In this document: positions 18,801 to 26,855 of the stretch, piece by piece
Numbering within the stretch: position 1 is the first letter of the stretch
Layout: each line of letters starts with the position of its first letter
Source: Bacteroidota bacterium
GTDB lineage: Bacteria; Bacteroidota; Bacteroidia; NS11-12g; UBA9320
Direction of reading: 5' to 3'
DNA: 64,000 bases
NCBI GenBank assembly: GCA_016124755.1
Contig: WGNA01000013.1
Location: 15,806 to 79,805, forward strand
The notes under the pieces: generated by a model
What the model saw: the letters and a program-made list of their open reading frames with translations, nothing else
Database searches by the model: none
What the model was told of the DNA's origin: nothing
Translations under genes and position numbers: made by a program

Positions 18801-21580
18801 TCATCCGGAAGCGGGTCTCCTTCTTCCTTTATCGGTGTAAGCCAGTCACGTGGAAATGCAACATCCACCGTTGCCATCAGGTTTTCAAAACCTTTACAGC
18901 CCCATTTAATATAGGTTCCCGAATTATAATCCGTGCCGGCAATAAAGGTTACGCCGTATGAATTGTTGTCGGGATTTACGATGTTAAAATTTTCTAATAA
19001 TACCAGACTTGCTCCGCCACTTGAAGGCGTTGCCGAAGAAAATTCAATATTGGTCGCGGCAAACGAAATATCGTCGCTGGTTCCGTCTCCACGGTCAAAC
19101 GGCAGAGTTGCCATACATACCAGTGTATTTTTAGAAGGTGTAAACTTCATTTCACTGATCATAATCGTATAGCCAAATAAATTATTAATTCCCAACGGAA
19201 GGGTGGCCATAATTCCGCTTTGAACATTTTCTATATTATCATCCAGATCCTGATCAGCGATTAGTTTTTTGCTTTTATTTTCATTCAGCTTTTGTTTTAC
19301 TTTTTTAGCATTCTCTTTAGTGAGTTTACCTCCGCCCGCACCTTTTAAAAATCTCGGAACGTCGCTGATATTTTCGTCCCGAACCGCATGCACTTCTCCC
19401 GATGTAACGGTGAGTGCAGTATTTATCTGCAAACCTTCAAATTCAACCTGCAATGCCGATTTTAGCCAGGCGACTACAATTGAACCTTTGCCTTTGTATG
19501 TCGAACCGGTTTGATTTATTTCCGTAACCAGCATGCTGAAATTGCCAATTTTTACGAATTTGTTTTTCAAATCCGCTCCGGTTTGCATTCCCTTATTGGA
19601 AATTACTTTTTTATTTCCATCACAATCGGTTAGCTCGAAATTGCTGCTCGTGCTGGTAGTCGCGTCTGTATAAAATATTCGATTTAATGATCCTTTTCTA
19701 ATGGTAGTTAGCGGCATAACCTGCACATTCCAGCTCATGGCTCGAGGTGCTGGCATATCATCTCTTGTCAAGGTTAATTCCGTGATATTTCTGACCGTTG
19801 TATCAAAGTACACTTCAATGGATCTGCCATTGTTAATTTTCAGACTTAACTTGTAGAATACTCCATCAGCTCCGATATCATTTAAATTACTGTTCCATTT
19901 AAAATGAACCCCGGAATTAAAATCAATAGCTGCGATCTTTGCTCCATTCGATGGGTAAACTAAGGTCGGGACTTCCGGTTTAGTTGCCAGCACCGTAAAT
20001 TTTCCACGTTCTGAATAGCCTTGCTGAGTTCCGGTTTTACTGCCAATCGGATAAGATGGAATGGTATTTTTATCCATCGCAATTATTTCCCACTCATACG
20101 ATTTGTTAGCGACTAATACATCTTTTAACTTTATGCTGATGTGATTGTCCTGATCAACATATCCGCTCTTAACCAATTGTTGACTCGTTGCGTCGTACAA
20201 CTTGACCCAATATCTCACCCCGTTTCTGAACGGAGAAACAACATTCCATTTAAAATCAATTCCTGCTACCGCTTCGGTCCATTGTACATTAGTATTGTTG
20301 GTGGGATAAACCAATGTTGGTTCTTTATATTTAACAATAACAGGCTTAGTCGTAAAAATAAAATGATTGGAATATTGTCCATTTGGAAACCGCACACGCC
20401 ACAAGTATTTTCGGTTATAATTCAAGGTCATCGACAGTGGGAGCCTGAAAATACCGGTAGAAGACGAGTATGTTTTTCCAGATCCAATTCTGGTGTATGC
20501 AGTATAAGCTCTGAAATCACTGGAGAATGGCATTGACATCGGGATTTCATAAATTTCAACTCTGGACAGACCACTCGTTTTAGTCCAGGATAAATTAACA
20601 TATCCTTGTCGCGGATCAACATACGCTTCATTTGCAGGCGCGATCAATTGCAATTGATACTGAGAGGTTGAAGAAACATTTCGAGTTGTATTCAACGTTG
20701 CGATAACGGTAAAGGATCTTAGTTCGGAATACCCTAAATTCTCTCCCTCATTTTTCCCGATGGGCTGATTTGTTGTTGCATCAAATGCCCGTACTCTCCA
20801 GATGTAGCGATATGTATACTGACTTCCTAACTGCTTTCTTTGATTAATTTTCTGGGCCGCATCAGTCCAGACATAGGAGTTACTGTACGAAAAAGATCGC
20901 ACGATCGGAATACCTGCAAGTGCCTGTAAATCGCTGACCCCATTGTTTACTTCATACATTTCGAATTGATATCTCACCGGTTTGGGATACACCGGAGCAA
21001 CCGCCTTCCATTGAAAAACCTTTCCGATTGCGGCCGTTTCTGAAAATCCAGAGTTGTCTGTCGGAAGTAGTAATGTTGGCTCCTGATATTCGGTAAGTAA
21101 AAAAGAAGCACAGGCTTTTGAACTAAGTTCTATCCCATTCGGATTATGCACGGTTACACAAATGTTGTAACTGCCCGGATATAATTTCCCGGATGCCAGA
21201 TTTACAGCAGAAAGATTTACATCAAATGAATTATTATCCCATAATTGATTAATGTAAAAAATATTAACTCCGGGATTTAAATCTACTATTTTGCTTTTCG
21301 TCCAGCTTGCCGTTACTGCCCTTGTCCCCGATTTATCAACCACCGCTGAAACCCGAATTCGGGAAGAGGTTTGTAAACTGTTTATAATCATCACTCTCAA
21401 CACACTCGGATCCTTAAGCCATTCCAGCGCAAGAGGCGGCGGACTGGTTGCCACGAAAACCTGCACCGATGTAATTTGCTGCGCACTTGTTCTTCCAATT
21501 ATTAATGAAAAAATCAGCAACAACAAAAACCGGATCGAACCACCGGATAAATATTTTATTTTATTATTTGGACGATTCAT
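15854..21580 (-). CDS. 1908-aa secreted giant protein of unknown family
   Basis: Uninterrupted 5.7-kb ORF. Sec-type signal IRFLLLLIFSLIIGRTSAQ, four N-terminal repeat modules, then about 1300 aa of Gly/Asn/Ser-rich sequence of beta-type composition. No T9SS CTD at the C-terminus (ends ...KKVGFTTHGS). Confidence 0.85.
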   Translation of the reverse strand: MNRPNNKIKYLSGGSIRFLLLLIFSLIIGRTSAQQITSVQVFVATSPPPLALEWLKDPSVLRVMIINSLQTSSRIRVSAVVDKSGTRAVTASWTKSKIVDLNPGVNIFYINQLWDNNSFDVNLSAVNLASGKLYPGSYNICVTVHNPNGIELSSKACASFLLTEYQEPTLLLPTDNSGFSETAAIGKVFQWKAVAPVYPKPVRYQFEMYEVNNGVSDLQALAGIPIVRSFSYSNSYVWTDAAQKINQRKQLGSQYTYRYIWRVRAFDATTNQPIGKNEGENLGYSELRSFTVIATLNTTRNVSSTSQYQLQLIAPANEAYVDPRQGYVNLSWTKTSGLSRVEIYEIPMSMPFSSDFRAYTAYTRIGSGKTYSSSTGIFRLPLSMTLNYNRKYLWRVRFPNGQYSNHFIFTTKPVIVKYKEPTLVYPTNNTNVQWTEAVAGIDFKWNVVSPFRNGVRYWVKLYDATSQQLVKSGYVDQDNHISIKLKDVLVANKSYEWEIIAMDKNTIPSYPIGSKTGTQQGYSERGKFTVLATKPEVPTLVYPSNGAKIAAIDFNSGVHFKWNSNLNDIGADGVFYKLSLKINNGRSIEVYFDTTVRNITELTLTRDDMPAPRAMSWNVQVMPLTTIRKGSLNRIFYTDATTSTSSNFELTDCDGNKKVISNKGMQTGADLKNKFVKIGNFSMLVTEINQTGSTYKGKGSIVVAWLKSALQVEFEGLQINTALTVTSGEVHAVRDENISDVPRFLKGAGGGKLTKENAKKVKQKLNENKSKKLIADQDLDDNIENVQSGIMATLPLGINNLFGYTIMISEMKFTPSKNTLVCMATLPFDRGDGTSDDISFAATNIEFSSATPSSGGASLVLLENFNIVNPDNNSYGVTFIAGTDYNSGTYIKWGCKGFENLMATVDVAFPRDWLTPIKEEGDPLPDEKVVGRAVADITNLKDWILSLSINPCEINGLDGVELSVNELVFDNSDSRNVDGMKFPSGYVGDKGNTFKGFYLKGAQFVLPKFYNKGTDTTGIALSLDNFIITKMGVTGNVKVGDKNNPLINLSSGNVGDFQASIECVEIDIVSKSIKKAAVTGQLVLPITKSSSEDKNAINYEASWTAANKKKGATTQITISPDGNLNTDLIGGAVLDLEETSVIELVYVKSKKRKNKGTVTAKVELNGELSLEKKVDKLELSMGMRFEKLGFNYDNSKTKGKLAFNKDAKFAFASPQKKVAGFGFTISEMSLTEAPEIYGFEAVAQLQMKIAVNVGDNISGSTRLLLKGGVRKENNIYKPAFLSAGIDSISISAKLAAVDLSGTLVYYNGDAVYGDGFWGKAKAVFKKAGELKAEVRFGSIKQTTGNFKYWYADAQMILKNAVPMVGPLGFKGAGVAAWYHMKAGNMPTMDVSKVNNAKSDVTSGSSGASFSPNPSVSFGFNITGIFVNTKSDKTFNGDVAFGAEFNSSGGINYLKLSGSGFIGAGLDDRTHAPIKGNLVANYDFTTDIFDLNVKVDIKYPTVGIVMIQTTEQATLALHVEKNKGGGEPLWYLHVGTPTVPNRIKYYGINSWSYFRAGNNLITNSSFQPVTLAGLQSVDPSFRSVPEPVDENAKGGKGFDFGIGFNKSGGVSVGPFSGSFSVGAELNLCMEQFGPDNGCVTDDFNYWYARGGIAAWATASVGFKGLVSASLGGAGMMQAGAPDPIWAKGRVAGNFRLKVIFITINIRASVPFTYGTVCRPRRTTGKDIDADELLDMDMNDMVEIGEFAMHNSGYTDRMTPVQVVSLFGCRYVGDGTYTYETKMDVMENGVKVQKIYTVDLQWFVDGEILANPGADADYPGSPKGEWSSAWDMRYKNGVMKEEGDGYSLGTFFYYGYARNKRFIYSHYYNTWVTATLMVKNAQGNWEPVKNKNGQVMKTTTKKVGFTTHGS

Positions 21581-21588
21581 GTTCTCTT

Positions 21589-23370
21589 TTAAAATGAATA
21601 TGAGGCAAATAGTCTGATGGAATTTTCGGTATAATTCACCCCTGGTTTGCGGGTACCGTATTTATAAAAGTTGTATGTTCCGTTGGCGCCCAGATTCAGT
21701 TTCTTTTTAAAGATGTAAGAAAGCATTACTGAGATGTTCGAATTTTTATCAGCACTGTATTCATCCAAAGCGGTATTCATAAAATTTCCCTGCACGGTAG
21801 TGTTGAGATTTTTCTCTTTTCCAAAAGGATATCCCACTGATGCAGAAACCGTATTTACTTTAAGTTGTCCCGCATAAATCTTATTTTCCATATAAGCGTC
21901 TGTTAGATTTATGGTGAGTGGCGTTTTGGCAAATGCGATTGAATAACCGCCCACGTAAACACGTGTATTGTTGTCTGCAAAGGCTCCGCTTACTACGTTA
22001 TAATCCTTGAATTTACTGAGATTAAAAGATCCGATAAAAGTGTGAGATGTCTTTTCCCTTCGAATAATATAGCTGCTGTTTACACTAATATTGTTGTTAA
22101 TATTTTGCAATCGGAAGGTGTCGTTCACCACTGTGTTCCGCATTCCGAAATTTGAAAAGGTGCCACCTAATGTCCAGTTTTTAGTGAGAATAAAACTCGT
22201 ATTAACCGAATACAAATCCTGATAGGTGGTTGATGTTTTATTTTCCAAAAGGTTGTCGATTCTTCGACCGGCCGAAACATTAATACCTACTCGTTCCTTA
22301 AACAGTTTCACATACGGCTCTACAAGAATTTCCAGCCTGTCGGTTTGCAGAAACGGAAAATTAAGTGTGTGATAGTCGGAGGTGTACAGCTTACCGGAAA
22401 TTTTAGCTCCCCATTTTGTTGCCGCATAACCAATGGCTGCTGTTGAAGCCAATCCGTAGCGGCTTGTGAGTCTTGGTTTAAAAGTTTTGGTGAGCCATCT
22501 GGGAATATTGAGTTCAAAGGAATCAGACTCTAATGCATCGTCTTCCAAATCCACTGATAGTGCAGAAATCGCCATTTCACCCTGAACAAAAAATTTAGAA
22601 CCAATACACAGTTTACCATCGAGACTTGTTACCGCATTTTCCATGGCATGAACACCGGTGGTGGTAACATTTGCGGAGTTTTTATCGTCCATGTGTTTCA
22701 GGGCAATCACGTAGAAATGTGATCTTTCCTCCATGCCGTATCCGATTTTAAAACCCGCAGATGTTCGTTTGTAGGATCCGGGAAGATTTGCATTAGAATC
22801 GGTGCTCACTCCCGGTTGGGAAATACCGTAAAAGGCTGCCAAACGAAATTTCTTTGGCTTCCACAAAAAACCACCTCCGAAAAGCGGCAGACTGCCACAC
22901 GTAAGTTCGGAGTACTTCGGAACTTGCGTTCCAAGATTTGCCGTAAGATTTTTATAGGTCGGATTGAATGACAGGTTGTTGTAATTGTTCACCAGATCCT
23001 TAAGTCGGAAGTTAGCCGGAATAGGTGTACTGTACTGCGAAACCTTCGATTGAACCATGTACGAAATGTTAAATGGCATTGAAAATTTTCCGACGCTGAG
23101 TTGTGCATTTGCAAACAACATGGTTTGAGAAGGTGAACGGTATGGAGTGTAAAATGTATCGTTGCTTGAATAATTAAAGAAATTCTGGCTTGCCCCCAAC
23201 GAGCCGGATAATTTCAGTTTAGGGGTTTTGGATTTTTCATCTTTGGAATCGCTTTGAGCCAGAAGTGTTACCGGGATCAACAGTAAAAAAAGCAAGTACG
23301 TCAGCGTTTTTACGACAGCGTTTTTCATGAAAATTATCCCCTGACTACGACCAATTGGTTTCTGTTTCAT
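21589..23370 (-). CDS. outer-membrane beta-barrel-like protein, first gene of the envelope operon
   Basis: Signal peptide TYLLFLLLIPVTLLAQ (start possibly the Met at 23328). Alternating hydrophobic pattern throughout, and a C-terminal ...IRLFASYSF with terminal Phe as in OMPs. Ends 8 nt before the giant gene's start. Confidence 0.65.
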   Translation of the reverse strand: MKQKPIGRSQGIIFMKNAVVKTLTYLLFLLLIPVTLLAQSDSKDEKSKTPKLKLSGSLGASQNFFNYSSNDTFYTPYRSPSQTMLFANAQLSVGKFSMPFNISYMVQSKVSQYSTPIPANFRLKDLVNNYNNLSFNPTYKNLTANLGTQVPKYSELTCGSLPLFGGGFLWKPKKFRLAAFYGISQPGVSTDSNANLPGSYKRTSAGFKIGYGMEERSHFYVIALKHMDDKNSANVTTTGVHAMENAVTSLDGKLCIGSKFFVQGEMAISALSVDLEDDALESDSFELNIPRWLTKTFKPRLTSRYGLASTAAIGYAATKWGAKISGKLYTSDYHTLNFPFLQTDRLEILVEPYVKLFKERVGINVSAGRRIDNLLENKTSTTYQDLYSVNTSFILTKNWTLGGTFSNFGMRNTVVNDTFRLQNINNNISVNSSYIIRREKTSHTFIGSFNLSKFKDYNVVSGAFADNNTRVYVGGYSIAFAKTPLTINLTDAYMENKIYAGQLKVNTVSASVGYPFGKEKNLNTTVQGNFMNTALDEYSADKNSNISVMLSYIFKKKLNLGANGTYNFYKYGTRKPGVNYTENSIRLFASYSF

Positions 23371-23530
23371 CCCTCTTCAGCTCAAAATCGTTTTGCCAAA
23401 GATGATTTAAACCATGTTTCCTGTATGTGATGTTGGGACAAATGGAAACTCACTTGGGACGAGTGGATTTAAGCGAACAGAATTGCCGTAACACTACCCG
23501 CGAAATGGGAAAAACTTGTTTGAAAAAAGG

Positions 23531-24304
23531 TCAGTTTTGCGCTGAAGAATCGGGCAACTTCAGCTTTGCTAAAAGCTCATCGCGGTTTGAGCGTGAAACC
23601 GGAATTTGTGCATCTTCAACTTGTACTTCATGTGAATCCACCTTATTCACATGATTGAGATTAACGACATACGATCGGTGAACCTGCAGAAAGTTCCCGT
23701 CGGAGACGAGGTTCAGAAATCCTTTTAATGTGTAGCGAATTACTTCCCGCTGATCAGATAAATGCAGTTCTAAGTAATTTTTAAATGCCTGAATGTAGCG
23801 GATATCAGAAAAGTAAATTTTCTTATAAACCGAATTATTTTTAATAAAGATGGATTGCGAATCGTGCAGCAATCCTACATCCGGATCATTGTGTTCATCC
23901 GAATCTGTTGGAGTTGGTTGATTTTGTTTTGAATAATTCTTTAAGGCAATTTCAATCGCCGGATACAAATCCACCTTTTTAAAAGGTTTCACCAAATAAG
24001 CAGAAGGCAACGTTTCAGCAGCGTTCCGGATCGTATTCGGGTCGTCGTACGCTGTTATGTAAATGATTGGTATGTTGTACTTTTTCCTGATTTCTCCACC
24101 CAGCCAAACGCCATCCTTTTCTCCTCCGAGATTTATATCCAACAGGGCGATATCGGGTGAAGTTTCCCTGAGAACCTCGAGAGCCTCCTCTGCATTCATG
24201 GCATCACCCACCACGCGATAGCCCATTTCATCCATATAGGTTCGCAACAAATCAAGTGTTATAAATTCATCGTCAACTATAAAAACCCTGATATCCCGTT
24301 TCAT
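23531..24304 (-). CDS. LytTR-family response regulator
   Basis: REC domain (VFIVDDE..., DIALLDINL, VKPF) followed by LytTR DNA-binding motifs (IRYIQAFKNYLELHL, FLQVHRSYVVNLNHV). Confidence 0.9.
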   Translation of the reverse strand: MKRDIRVFIVDDEFITLDLLRTYMDEMGYRVVGDAMNAEEALEVLRETSPDIALLDINLGGEKDGVWLGGEIRKKYNIPIIYITAYDDPNTIRNAAETLPSAYLVKPFKKVDLYPAIEIALKNYSKQNQPTPTDSDEHNDPDVGLLHDSQSIFIKNNSVYKKIYFSDIRYIQAFKNYLELHLSDQREVIRYTLKGFLNLVSDGNFLQVHRSYVVNLNHVNKVDSHEVQVEDAQIPVSRSNRDELLAKLKLPDSSAQN

Positions 24305-24379
24305 CAGCCACTACACTACTTACACCTGCAAAATAAGGCCTTCCTGCGTACAATGAAAGATGTAAATCAAACAATTTTA

Positions 24380-26326
24380 TTAACCGGAAACCACTTCAAA
24401 AGCGCTCCCGGCAGAAAGATGTATCTCATTGAGTTTTGCTCCCAATTGACGGGAAAGTCCCCGGATCAGCGACATACCCAAACCACCCTGATCCTTCGAT
24501 GAAGATGTATTGTTTATACCGGTTCCATTGTCTTCCACCCTTAAATAAATACCACTATTCGTTTTTTTATAGATCACCTTAATAATCCCATCATTCCGAT
24601 TATTAAAGGCGTGTTTAAAACAATTCGTAATGAGTTCATTAATAATTAATCCCAGCGGAATCGCCTGTTCAATGCTGATGTTTGTTTTATCCACTAAGGT
24701 TATTATTTCAATATTTCTATCATCCGATTCATATGATTTCAAAATATTGTCTACCAATAATTGAATATAACTATCTATTTGAATAGCGTTGATGTTTCCA
24801 CCCTGATGAAGACTCTGATGAACCAAAGCCATCGAAAACACTCTACTTTGGCCCTCCCTCAGTAATTGCCGGCTATGCTCATCTGTTGTTTTCGACGCCT
24901 GTTTTTCCAACAAACCGGAAATGATTTGCAGATTATTCTTTATTCGGTGATGCAGTTCCTTTAACAAAATATCTTTCTCGGATAATGATTGCTCCAACAG
25001 GGATTTTTGAGTGGAAATAATCCGGTTATCGTTCCTGATTCTGTAATATATAATTAATGATCCTGTTAAAACAAATATTAAGATCAGTACAACCACTATA
25101 TTTAGTTGTCTTGCAGACCTGCCTTCCAACTCAGCCTGCACCATTTCTTTTTTGTGTTGCTCCACCTGCACCTGCATTTCCGCCTGCCAGATCTGACGTT
25201 TGTCGTTCCGTCGATTAAGACTGTCAATCAATTTATCCGCCAGTTTGTCGTAATGAAAAGCATTAGCAAAATCACCTTTTATTTCAAACAGATTTACCAT
25301 ATTTTTATAAAGGGAAAGCGGTTTAAAATAGTTGCTCTGCATGTTGGAACCCAGTTCGTTCATCAAAAATTCTGATCGTTTGATATGACTCCAGGCTTCA
25401 TCGTATTCCTTATATCGGATGTTCATTTTGGTTAAGGTTTGTAATGCATCAAACTCCGCATTCACCTTAATCTGATCCTGAAAATTGTCCGTGACTTTCA
25501 ATCGCATTTGCCCGGTATCCAGATATTTTTTGCTCAACGGATACTTCCCCTGATCATAGAGATATTCTGCCATATTTAATGCAGAAAGCGCACACCAATA
25601 ATTGTGAACCCAAACTTCACCGTCTGTGTAAGATCTGAGCGTGTCGCACAATCTGTAAATTTTCTGCGCATAATTAAAAGCCATTTCCGGCTGATTCATA
25701 TCCTGATAAATATTCTCCAGCAGATTTAGCATTAATATATAAAACTGAGAACTTTTTCGGGCTAATGACTCAGCCTTTAATAAACATTCCAATGCACGCC
25801 GACGATCACCCAGTTCATAAAAATTTCTCCCGATATCGTATAAAGTGCTTTCAATCCAATAAAATTCGAAGGGCTTTATTCCCATAGATTTAATATCTTC
25901 ATAACAACTCAGGTAGTAATAATAGACCTGTTGTTCAGAGATTAAATTTCGTGCATAACCCTTGATCGCTTTGCGGAATTTAACAACAACCTGTTCTGCT
26001 TTCAGATTATTTTTATTCGCTATCTCCTCAAGCCGCTCGTCACATTTTTCGACCTCATCCTCAGTAAAGTCGTATATTCCTGTGAGATTACTCACTTGAA
26101 AATTCCAATAAAACTCTGCCTTAATATCTTTTTTGCTTTTGATGATTTCCAAATACTGATAGTATTCTTCCTTCGTGACCTTTTTACTTCTTATATTATA
26201 AAGGTCAAATTCCTGCATACGTTCCCGGTTTGTTTTAAGGCTTGCAAAATGTTCTGTATTCGGAGAACCGGAGACAGTTGAGGTAACCCACCCTAAAATC
26301 ATCAAAAAGGCAATGCGTATTTTCAA
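24380..26326 (-). CDS. sensor histidine kinase (HisKA_2 type) with TPR-like extracytoplasmic domain
   Basis: Signal peptide, about 400 aa of helical TPR-like repeats, one TM segment (IVVVLILIFVLTGSLIIYY), an H-box LHHRIKNNLQIISGLL, and HATPase_c motifs (NELITNCFKHAF, DNGTG, GLGMSLI). Confidence 0.9.
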   Translation of the reverse strand: MKIRIAFLMILGWVTSTVSGSPNTEHFASLKTNRERMQEFDLYNIRSKKVTKEEYYQYLEIIKSKKDIKAEFYWNFQVSNLTGIYDFTEDEVEKCDERLEEIANKNNLKAEQVVVKFRKAIKGYARNLISEQQVYYYYLSCYEDIKSMGIKPFEFYWIESTLYDIGRNFYELGDRRRALECLLKAESLARKSSQFYILMLNLLENIYQDMNQPEMAFNYAQKIYRLCDTLRSYTDGEVWVHNYWCALSALNMAEYLYDQGKYPLSKKYLDTGQMRLKVTDNFQDQIKVNAEFDALQTLTKMNIRYKEYDEAWSHIKRSEFLMNELGSNMQSNYFKPLSLYKNMVNLFEIKGDFANAFHYDKLADKLIDSLNRRNDKRQIWQAEMQVQVEQHKKEMVQAELEGRSARQLNIVVVLILIFVLTGSLIIYYRIRNDNRIISTQKSLLEQSLSEKDILLKELHHRIKNNLQIISGLLEKQASKTTDEHSRQLLREGQSRVFSMALVHQSLHQGGNINAIQIDSYIQLLVDNILKSYESDDRNIEIITLVDKTNISIEQAIPLGLIINELITNCFKHAFNNRNDGIIKVIYKKTNSGIYLRVEDNGTGINNTSSSKDQGGLGMSLIRGLSRQLGAKLNEIHLSAGSAFEVVSG

Positions 26327-26495
26327 CTGTTTAAAGTATGGAATGATTAATAACCCGATGCTGCATTTCGTTCATTAAAAGTACGTTTTTGCGAATGCGA
26401 TTGGCACGAGTCAAAAGTAGCGAAAAGCAGTTTAAGCACTAATTGAGAAAATGTTACGAACGAATCCATTTGTGCCAATTGGATGCTCATGTTAC

Positions 26496-26612
26496 ACCGA
26501 AGCCGATTAATTTTTAGGCACCTTTCAATTCCGAAGGCTTGGAGTACCCGACTGTGAGTCTGATATTGTTAGGTTGAGGGCGAGTTATACCCTTGAGAAT
26601 TCTTTTGAGCCA
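26496..26612. repeat. dispersed ~118-bp repeat, copy 2
   Basis: Aligns by eye with 10999-11117. Lies in the 530-bp divergent intergenic region between the kinase and the amidase. Confidence 0.6.
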
Positions 26613-26855
26613 GGAATCTATCCACGATGGGTAGAAGTGTTGAGATGAAATACGCAAAAAACAGAACAGGTTCCATCAACTTTTTTCTTTTCGAAATCGA
26701 CGAACAACCAATGCATGATTCTTTTATCTTCGTTAGTAAAGTCACACGTTAAACTTTGACCTGATGGCAGTAAATAATTTCTGCATTCAGGTCACCTTCA
26801 CCGCCTTTCAAATTTTAATCGAACTGAATATTTTTTTGAACTAAATTTTATTAGA

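Noticed and set aside
16337-21617. Multiple 60-130-aa plus-strand ORFs within the giant gene
   Set aside because: All are antisense to, or out of frame within, the uninterrupted 5.7-kb ORF, and none has a recognisable motif.
23371-23530. LytTR operator direct repeats between the response regulator and the OMP gene (TTCCCATTTCG / TTTCCATTTGT on the coding strand)
   Set aside because: The two similar 10-11-mers are about 60 nt apart, not the ~21-nt centre-to-centre spacing typical of LytTR sites. The match is short in AT-rich DNA, so the support is insufficient.
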